Shown in pieces: positions 53,649 through 64,000 of a stretch of DNA of 64,000 nt. The notes beneath the pieces were generated by a model. The model had not been told where the DNA came from. It did no database searches and saw nothing but the letters and a program-made list of their open reading frames with translations. Numbering within the stretch: position 1 is the stretch's first letter; every line of letters starts with the position of its first letter. A program made the translations under genes and the position numbers. Origin of the DNA: Octopus vulgaris (Eukaryota); contig OX597823.1 in NCBI GenBank assembly GCA_951406725.2, positions 83,080,001 to 83,144,000 on the forward strand. Reading direction: 5' to 3'.

Positions 53649-54371
53649 ATATATAATATATAATATATAACGCGCTCACATACACACACGCACGCACAAA
53701 TACACACACACACACACACAAACACATTGAAACTCATGCGTACGGTATAGGTTTGACAGTCGGGTTTCATTCCTATAAAAGAGACAAGCTTTTATACCAA
53801 AGTGTTTTTATGTTGTACAAAATCATTGTAGCATCAGCGAATGTAAATGTTACAAATTTTTAGGTAAAATTAAATTATATCTTACTCCACAACACCCAGT
53901 TTTACTCTGTTCTGAAACGATAACATTTGGCTCAAAATTAATTTCGTCTCTTTTAGTCTTAATGCAGAAAACAAGTAAATTGAATCTTCGTTAAAGGGTG
54001 TCCATTAGAATTCAAATCTCTGTCTAAAAACATATTCATTGCGTCACCGTCGTAATTAACATCTTATCTAAATCATGCATCGGATTAACATTTAGCAGCT
54101 ACAGCATTTTCAAGTTTAGGTTTGACCAACAGAAGGAAGAGACGAATAAGACGAAACAGAATAAAAAAAGGTAGAAGAGGATGAGAAGAAAAGATATATA
54201 TACATATAAATATGTGTGTATGTGTAAGAGAGAGAGGTTACACATATATGCATATACATATATATCTATGTATGTATGTATATTTATATATGAACGCCAT
54301 GTTGGATCGTTAACCCCTACACGCATTTTTTCTTTCTCTCCTTGTTTCTCCCCTTGTTTCTTTTCTGTGTA

Positions 54372-54409
54372 TCTTTCTGTCGAAGATCGTAGGCTCGAAA
54401 CGTGAAAGA
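54372..54409 (+). ncRNA. Minimal hammerhead-like motif in a PLE terminal fragment (~54290-54506)
   Basis: TCTTT-CTGTCGA-AGATCGTAGGCTC-GAAA-CG-TG-AAAGA. Stem I is TCTTT/AAAGA. The triplet is GUG, which is not NUH. Confidence 0.6.
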
Positions 54410-54504
54410 CTTGTTTTATTTCTATTCCTGAGCGCCATACTAATACATTAGTTGTTTGTACTCCACCTGCCTTCGTCTTTTGTTTATTTTCGTAAACCTT
54501 CCCG

Positions 54505-54565
<61 letters not shown>

Positions 54566-54994
54566 ATGTATATAGACATATACATATATAAACAATTATG
54601 TATAAGGGCAAAAGGAAAAGAATTTTCTATCCCAATATGCTGAAAACTAGACTTTAGATTGTATAACTACATACAATATTTTTCACTGTAAATACATATA
54701 CATATTTATGCATGTGTGTGTGCGTATGTGTATGTGTGTGCCTGCGCGCGTGTAGGGTATTTCCTATGTTTCCTACTATAGCATAGAAGCAATATGTTTA
54801 TATTCTCATAATTTCTTCTCATAGCAATGGATTTCTAATATATAAAGATATAATTATACACACACACACGTATACGCACACACACACAATCACATAAACA
54901 CACAAACACACACGCAAATGAACGTATATATATATATGCATTTATATATGTATATATATGTATTTATATATGTATATATATATATATGTGTGTG

Positions 54995-55077
<83 letters not shown>

Positions 55078-55630
55078 TTCTGTTTGTATATGTTGATACG
55101 AAAAATATATGAAAGAAATCATCAATCCACAGGTCAGCTGTGAATGGAACTTATGCATCAGTGTTAACCAGTATTCTCCATCCGCTGGCTTAGATTCAAC
55201 AATCAAGATTAAAAATAGCTTTATGAAATAGTTTAATTCTAATCATCGCCCAGTTGTGTGCCTTTTGGAGTGTTATTCCTAACTATTATGATCATAGACT
55301 AAAATACTCAATTATCGGCTTTGTGCTTATTGATTTACATTCGATTTGCTCAGCTTATGTAAGGAATGCATGTGCATTTCAGTTTTATATTCTACAAATT
55401 CAACGATAAAATTACACCCTTTGAGGTTTAATCTATAAATGAACATGCAATACATTTATGTATTTCGAATTAAATGTGGATACCGATGCTCATATCAAAG
55501 GGTACTACAAAACCATAATAAATTTATCAGTGAAATACCCTGTATATTTCACAAGCGGAACTCAATCATGCATACATAATACATAAATACACTCACACAT
55601 ACATTTAAACACACACAGATATATATATAT

Positions 55631-55707
55631 AAATTAGAGATAAAACCACTATTAGGCAACTCAAACAGTGATAGATTTTCCCCTGAAAGTTTGGATATAG
55701 TCCCTAA

Positions 55708-55708
<1 letters not shown>
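55631..55708. mobile_element. Internally deleted relative of the 36681-37068 palindromic element
   Basis: AAATTAGAGATAAAACCACT..CAACTCAAACAGTGA resembles the 36681 arm. TTTTCCCCTGAAAGTTTGGA..TCCCT resembles 37035-37068. Confidence 0.55.
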
Positions 55709-55738
<30 letters not shown>

Positions 55739-55808
55739 TTATATATATATATATATATACATACACATATACATATATATATATATATGTGTATATATGT
55801 TTGTACAT

Positions 55809-55888
<80 letters not shown>

Positions 55889-56371
55889 GAAATTGGATTT
55901 TTTTTGTCTATCACACAGTCAAGTTTATGTAGTGTAACAAATGTTTGGATATTTTTTTACAAAATTTGTCTTCGTGAATCTTGGATAAATGTAACTGATC
56001 ATTCCATATTGTAGATTTTTCAGTTCAGTATTTATTTGATGGAGTTTCTTTTATTATTTTCATGCAATAAAAATGCAAATTAAAAGCGATGGATTCAAAT
56101 CGATAGGCAAAATTTTGAAGTATTTTAAATTGCCACTGAAGGGCATTAAAAAATCGATATGAATCCCATAACCCGACATTAGGTTTGATCATTTGCATCT
56201 CAACACTGCCACCACACTATAAGACTGTGAAATATGCCAATTGTAATTGTGAAAACACATTATAGTTCATAACTTTAGGTACCTTGGGGTCTTCAGCTCG
56301 ATTTCTTTCACACGTTGTAGAATACCACATTAGGCATTTATCCTCCCTTAATCCAATTTATCTTCCCTTAA

Positions 56372-57113
<742 letters not shown>

Positions 57114-57152
57114 TTAAATCACTTTATATATATATATATTTCATCGTGTTCC

Positions 57153-57186
57153 TTTCTGGTGAAGAGCGTAGACTCGAAACGTAAAA
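57153..57186 (+). ncRNA. Minimal hammerhead-like motif in a PLE terminal fragment (~57138-57277)
   Basis: TTT-CTGGTGA-AGAGCGTAGACTC-GAAA-CG-TA-AAA. Same family as 54372. Confidence 0.62.
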
Positions 57187-57273
57187 AACCTTCTCACTTT
57201 CCCGAGCGTCAAGATAATACACCTGCTTGTGGTTTATACACCTGTCTTCGCCTTTTGTTTTTCTGTAAATTTC

Positions 57274-57326
<53 letters not shown>

Positions 57327-57486
57327 AATAAGAACGTTATTTAAATATCGAACTTATCAAGTGGCCAGCATGGGAATAAAAACCTTCAAAGGTAAACATT
57401 ATTATTAAAATTATAATGTGATTTTAGAGTCAAGTTTTGGCTGCTATTTCAAGCGTGGTGGTATCTTTTAAATACCTTAAATTATA

Positions 57487-57561
<75 letters not shown>

Positions 57562-57649
57562 CCGCGTTCATGAACCCAAAGCCAAATAGTTTTTTATCAT
57601 TTACTTTTTATGTTCTCCCTTTCGTCCACTGTCCGATTCTTCTTGATGT

Positions 57650-57840
57650 TGACACAGGGCAAACACCTTTCAGGAGAGAGAAGATAAGCAATTGCATCTC
57701 ATCTACCCCAACTACTAGACTGGTACTTAATTTATCGACCCCTGGAGTTTACCTAAATGTCTTTGAATTCATGGTGTAAAGATTCGGAAGAAATGCCGCT
57801 AAGTATTTCGCCCGACGCGCTACCGATTCTACTAGCTCCC
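57650..57840 (-). mobile_element. SINE family A, degraded
   Basis: CTGGTACTTAATTTATCGACCCC...AAATGCCGCTAAGTATTTCGCCCG. Confidence 0.75.
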
Positions 57841-58094
57841 GGTTTTAGTTCATTGTATAACAAAAAATATCAGTTTTAAATTTCATATGCATGTGTATCC
57901 TTCTAAAGGCATTGTGTTGTTACAAATGCCATAAGCACGACTTAATTATTGCTATGTAAAAAAACATTAGTGTAAGCAAATTTACAGTAATTGCTTAAAT
58001 ATTAGTTGACAGCCAAATCCCCATCAAATTCTAATGAAAACCGTGAAAAAATTATACAGTTATAGATGTAGACATGATTTTCTGATTAGGAACT

Positions 58095-58254
58095 GCACTA
58101 CTTAATCATGCGGTTTCATGTTCAGTCTCAGTACGTAGTACCTCGGACAGAGCAATGCTTTATGAGTGAATTTGGGAAACGGAAATTGGAAATCCGTCGA
58201 ATACATATTCGTGTTTGTGTGTGTGTGTGTGTGTGAGAGTGTACATGTATGTGT

Positions 58255-58291
<37 letters not shown>

Positions 58292-58337
58292 ATCTAAAAA
58301 CGAACACTTAATCCAGCGAGAAAAGTAATATACACAC

Positions 58338-58404
<67 letters not shown>

Positions 58405-58600
58405 CATACGCGTGCGTTTCTTCCTGTTTCTGCGTTTGTCCTTTCACTGCTGAACAAGTCTGTCCCCGTAGTGGTTCGGCAAAAGGCGCTGATTGAATAC
58501 GTACCAAAGTTACAAAATAATACTCATATCGATTTGTTCGCGCGCTTCTAGGCGATGCCTCGGGATACTTTTAGCATAATGAGTGAAACAAAATATAAAA
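58095..58600 (+). mobile_element. SINE family B, strongly degraded and microsatellite-expanded
   Basis: GTGAATTTGGGAAACGGAAA...TCCCCGTAGTGGTTCGGCAAAA. Confidence 0.6.
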
Positions 58601-58809
58601 GATAATAAAAAATGTAAAATGAGAGAAAGAACGGGTGTGTAACACTTTGTAGAGTGTTGGATCGCTACACTGTTATATTTCATTTTAGGTATTTGACTAT
58701 GGCTGAGAATCTCAGGAAATACAGAATATATTATGTGAAATAACTGAATTGGGAATCAATCCAACGCCGCAAAACTCGGTTTCCTAAGAGCTATAACACA
58801 GATTAGAAA

Positions 58810-59250
58810 TTATAGTTCCAAATTTTGGCAGATCATCAATTTTGAGGGAAGGGGAGTTAATCGATTACACCATCCCGGGTTTTCGACTGCTATTTATTTT
58901 GTTAACCCTGAAAGCATGAAAAGCAAAGTTGACTTCGGTGAACTTTGAACCCTGAATATTAGCTGGAAGAGATGCTGTTAAACGTTTTCCCCATGCGTTA
59001 ACGATTCTACCAGCTCAATGCTTTCGTTTGTTGTATAGTCCTTTCGACTATAGGCACAAGGCCTGAATTTTTGCAGGAGGGGATAAGTCAATTACACCGA
59101 CCTCAGTGCGTAACTGATATTTATCTCAACGACCCCGAAAGGATGAAAGGCAAAGTTGACCTTAGCGGAATTTGAACTCAGAACGTAAGGACGGACGAAA
59201 GGCCACTTAGAAGTTTTCTCGGCGTGCTAAATGTTCTGCCACCTCGCCGA
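58810..59250 (-). mobile_element. Two complete old-type SINE family A copies in tandem (each with its own head)
   Basis: About 58810-59020 and 59040-59250. Confidence 0.82.
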
Positions 59251-60218
59251 CTTTCGTACGTTGTATAATGAAGATATTAGCATAAAGCCTAAATGCACAT
59301 GTAGCCTTCTTCAAGTATGTGTTGTCTCTAGTATCGTTCATACAATTTATTTATTTCTATTTAGAAAAACACAAGTCCATTTTAATTACAGTTAATTCAA
59401 CAATCAATTGATAGAATGAAATAGCTATGAAATACATTTTCAAATCCAAAGCAAAATAATACAGTTGAAAATAAAACCTGAGTAAGGAGAAGCCCTGTAA
59501 CGCTTTATAGATCTTTCGATCTTGACCAAGATACATGTCACTGTAGGTGCTTGACTGAGGTCGAAAACCTCATGCAACTCAGAATAAATTATACGAAATA
59601 GCTCAATTGGGAATCGACTCACTGCCGCAAAGGTCCGTTTGCCAATAGCTAGATCAAAAACAGTGATATTTCAAGAGAAAGGGAAAGTTATATGGTATAT
59701 TTCTTGATAAAAGCTATGATCTACATTTTTATAGATTTTTTATGAAAATCAAGAGATGAAGAAGTAAGAATTTTAATGAAGTTTTCCCTTTAGAACCATG
59801 CTAGGTCAGTGGGAGAAACGATCTCTTATTTAGTGAAAAGAAATTTTGGATAAGTGCCATTAAGTTGTCTTTAGGGAAGAAGAGTGCTGTAGCGTGTTTT
59901 GTTAAACTCTCCACAGATGTCAAAGTCAATTTTATTCTACATGTTACCTTTATATCAGTTATATCTACACAATGGAATTATACACATGTTCCGTTCTGGA
60001 TTTTTTTTTTATCTGTCCATGGAATTTTTTGCTTTTATTATTGTTGTGTATAAGTTGGAATAGTTTCATTTCAGAAAGAAATGATAAATACGATGATAAG
60101 AAATTTAGTATAGAATTGAATGAAACATAAAAATGAATCAGCAGTATATTGGATTATACAGAGATATTCGCGCGCGCTGTGTGTGTATGAATATATGAAT
60201 GTATGTATTTATAGATAA

Positions 60219-60287
<69 letters not shown>

Positions 60288-60874
60288 TATATACATCCAT
60301 ACACATATACATAAACACACAACGCGCAAAATCTATATTTCGTGGTTGTCTGGTTAGCGATATATATCGATAAAATGATAAATGATAGCTCATACTCTTG
60401 GTTATTTCGTTATTGTTTTTATTTTAATTTCATTGAAAAGTCTATTTCAACTTTTAGAAATGCTACGTGATAAGCATGTTGCAATGCACGATGGCTATGT
60501 CTAAATACAATGAAATATTGGGGCTTTTTTACTAGTTACAAATGCCTCATACTCAAGAATGAAATAGAATGTGAACGGTCGATGTCTTCCCGCGCAGTAG
60601 GGTAGATAGGGGGAGGTCTGCCGTCCGCTCTAGCGTGACGATGTTTTGGAGCACGGCAATTTTGGGTCAGCCTCTAAAGGCTATTTTAAAATAAATGTGA
60701 GATCCGGAAACCAAAAAACAAAGGCTTCCCTAAGTAGTACACACTTTAACTACGACACTATTCTTAAGGCTATGAGCTATTTAAAACAAGTAATTCTTTT
60801 CAACAGAGGTCTGGCGCTATCTTACAGGTTCGAATTACTGAAGGTTCTTTACCTCAAAATGCCCCAGAATATAT

Positions 60875-61298
60875 GGCTTTAAATTTTGGCACAAGGACAA
60901 CAAGCTGAGGTGGAGGAGATAAGTCGATTACATCGACCCCAGTGCTTAACTGGTAATTATTTTGCCGACAATGAAAGGATGAAAGGCAAAGTCGACCTCG
61001 GTGGAATTTGAACTCAGAACGTAAAGACGGACGAAATTGCCGCTAAGCATTCTGTCAAGTGTGTTAAAGATTCTGCCAGCTCGCCGTTTTTAACATACAC
61101 CATAATATTGCTTTCAAACTTTGGCACAAGGTCAGCAATTTGCATCGACCCTAGTGTCCAACTGGTACTTATTCAATCGTCCCCGAAAGGATGAAAGGCA
61201 AAATTGACTAGGGCGGAATTTGAGCTCATAATATGAGTAGCAAGAAATACCGCAAAGCATATTGTCCAACACACGCACGATTTTGCCAGTTCGCTGCC
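60875..61298 (-). mobile_element. Two old-type SINE family A copies in tandem (each with its own head)
   Basis: About 60875-61087 and 61110-61298. Confidence 0.85.
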
Positions 61299-61926
61299 TT
61301 ATATTACACGGAAATAATAAATGCGTGTGTGAAATAAGCGTCTGTGTTTGTGCGCGCGCGTGCGTATGTGTGTGTGTGTTACGAGTTGAAAAAAGGCACT
61401 CGTTGGAATTCAATGAAAGCTAATTGGGTGATGTTAGAATTGGGTGATAGCTAAGCAAAGGTTTTACCGTGTTTGTAATAGTACAAAATGTCGTTCCTTA
61501 TTGAAGAAACATGGGATATATATATATATATATGATGATGATGATGATGATGATGACGAAAACCATGCTTAATATGGGAAAGACAACTCAGAAAAACTTT
61601 AACAAAGGTTGAATTATTTCAATGCCTAAAAGGAAGGGGGAAAATTTTGACGTTTTAGATGGTAGTCCTTCATCAGATTAATGATAGAGGCGAAAAATTA
61701 AAGGGAAGGGTAAAGAGCGGAAAGAGTAAAGACAGAGAAACGGAGAAATATGTAAGATAGTTGCTTGAGATTAGTTGTGCATGGATTACAGAAATAAATG
61801 ATGTCCGCGTGAGCCTTAAAAATAAATTATAAAAAAACATGTGTGCGTTTGTACCGTGTAACAAAGAGTGCATTACTTTTGTTGTTTAAGCCTCTTCAAT
61901 TTTGATCCAGTAGAATAGCAATCGTT

Positions 61927-62175
61927 GAGGCGCGTGGCTTAGTTGTTAGGGTGTCAGCATCATGATCGTAAGATTGTGGTTTCGATTTCTGAATCGGGCG
62001 ACGCGTTGTGTTCTTGAGCAAAACACTTCATTTCATGTTGCTCCAGTCCACTCAGCTGGTAAAAATGAGTAACGCTGCGATGGACTGGCGTCCCGTCCAG
62101 CTTGGGAACACATACGCCACGGAAACCGGGAAACCGGGCCCATGAACCTGGTTAGGCTTTAAAAGGGCGCATTTA
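61927..62175 (+). mobile_element. tRNA-headed CORE-like SINE, head D + tail Y, 12-bp TSD
   Basis: TAGAATAGCAAT at 61911-61922 and 62187-62198. Confidence 0.92.
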
Positions 62176-63582
62176 TATATTATTTTTAGAATAGCAATAA
62201 AGGACATTCCCTTCGTAATCACCACGTCTTATTTATTTACAGGCATGGAGCATTTAGGCCTACATTATTCAATATTATCTTCCTATATAAGATGGTAGAG
62301 TACAGCTTCCCTGTAGGTCGTGTGGTCATGCAGTGGGTCCTGCATTTGCTAATTCATTGGTGTGTATGTGTTCCTTTTATTTGTGTGTGGGTGTTGATAT
62401 ATGGAGAAATGTTAAACAATTCTAGACACATTGGCCGTATATTTTAACGGAAGATTTACGGAAAAAATAAAGCAGTAGATTTTTCGTTTAGACAGAAACA
62501 ATTATCTCTATATGTCAAACTACAAATAAAATTGGATTTATGTTTCTATTTTTTTATATATTTCCTTTCTCAGTTGTTTCTTTACTTTTTTAAATGCGGG
62601 ATTTAATTCAAGTAAATGGGGAAGATTGAAATGAAACTTTATTAACTTCGGATATTCTGACCATTTTTAACATAACTATATATATATGTATATTTAAGTA
62701 TTTTACTGCGGTAGTTTTGCGATATATTCACATTTGAAATGTTGCCACATTTCAAATAATTCTGAATCAAATCCGCTGCCAAGTCTGTACAACTTTATAA
62801 AAATATAGACACGGGAAATCGAAGTCAAAAGATAGATACTAGCCAACTTCACTCATGGTGCCTTTTTTAATGAATGAAGTAGAATATTGTATGGTTGATT
62901 TTATTTTATAGCAAAAGCACAGACAATAATTATATACGGCCATAGTTACAACCATATATGTGTGCGTGTTTGTGTGAGCACGTGTGAGCATGTATGAGCG
63001 CATGCGCCTGTGTATGTGAATAGGAATACACACACACATACATACATGGATACATACATACATACATGCATGCATACATACATACATACATACATACATA
63101 CATACATACATACATACATACATAAAGATACTTATACATGGTGCGATGGGTAAATTGTCGCCATTTTATATTTTTAATTTCGCGCATGCACGTTGTTTTT
63201 TAATGTGTTGACTACACAGTATAGTAGGGTCAGCTAGGTACCGTCTGTGAGAAGAACAGCACCATGATGCAATTCCTTCTGCCAGAAATATTTGCGAAGA
63301 GGTCGCAGTTATCTCAGCGAGCGAGACTGGCTACCCTGAACTGACGACCAGCAATAGACTAAGAAACATATGTTTTCAGGTGCTTAGTCCCAGCTGGCGG
63401 GGGTGATTGCCTCCCCTTTGCAAATATAAGGACATAGAAAATGTGTCAAAGCCGACAGTAGATGTCGATGCTTCCTAGGACTGAACGGCGGTGGTGTAAT
63501 TCCCTTACGGGACTGTCATATAGAGTTGACAGCATACGACCACTGTAATATAATTGTTCTTTTTGAATTGATAAAAGGTGTT

Positions 63583-63653
<71 letters not shown>

Positions 63654-63718
63654 AGAGTAAGCACATCAATGAGAAACAAGATGGAAAAAAATAGTACTCG
63701 AATGCCAGAGGTAGAGTA

Positions 63719-63849
63719 ATATGCTTTATTAAAAAGCAGCAAAAATATCACAAAACTATTACTCTAAGCAAAACTGTCCGACGAACGGGAACGCAAAACT
63801 CTGAGTAACATTTTTTGTGATATTTTTACTGCGTTTCAATAAAGTATAT
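63719..63849. mobile_element. Fold-back PLE terminal fragment enclosing a hammerhead-like motif (63775-63810, +)
   Basis: Arms 63719-63764 and 63803-63849. Motif TGT-CCGACGA-ACGGGAACGC-AAAA-CTCTGAG-TA-ACA. Confidence 0.72.
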
Positions 63850-63938
63850 ATATATATATGTTTATGTATGTATATATAAAGACAGACAGACAAGCAGACA
63901 AATATTGATATTTGGTTTTATGACGAACTGAGAAACGA

Positions 63939-63989
63939 AGTGATTTTTGATGAAGGCTAGCAGCCTGAAACTTCGAAGTCACAATCACT
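63939..63989 (+). ncRNA. Type-I hammerhead ribozyme-like motif (best preserved in the window)
   Basis: AGTGATTT-TTGATGA-AGGCT agc AGCCT-GAAA-CTTCGAAG-TC-ACAATCACT. Perfect stem II, palindromic stem III (ACTTCGAAGT), GUC site. Confidence 0.8.
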
Positions 63990-64000
63990 ATTTACTTGGA

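Overview
This is AT-rich, microsatellite-saturated animal DNA. The repeat repertoire suggests an octopod cephalopod (inference). No host exon could be supported, and almost all ORFs in the supplied track are microsatellite artefacts. The window is a mosaic of transposable elements. DNA elements: one full-length IR/DR Tc1 (DD34E) element with a lightly damaged transposase (13393-15009), a DD37D-like end, and hAT- and piggyBac-type MITEs. Retroelements: Penelope-like element (PLE) pieces (an uninterrupted RT frame at 1-534, a GIY-YIG relic, fold-back terminal fragments in (TA)n), R4/Dong, CR1/L2-group, RTE and Gypsy relics, and more than 30 copies of tRNA-headed SINEs. Three signals stand out. 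(1) About 7 minimal type-I hammerhead-ribozyme-like motifs with non-canonical cores sit in PLE-type terminal fragments, and the inverted arms of those fragments end at or near the predicted cleavage site. (2) One SINE family forms single-head, multi-body arrays, and five of the six junctions inspected join the tail to the same internal GGTATTTCG site, suggesting self-targeted insertion. (3) All six combinations of two SINE heads with three tails are present. Coordinates were read by eye; the boundaries of degenerate relics are approximate.
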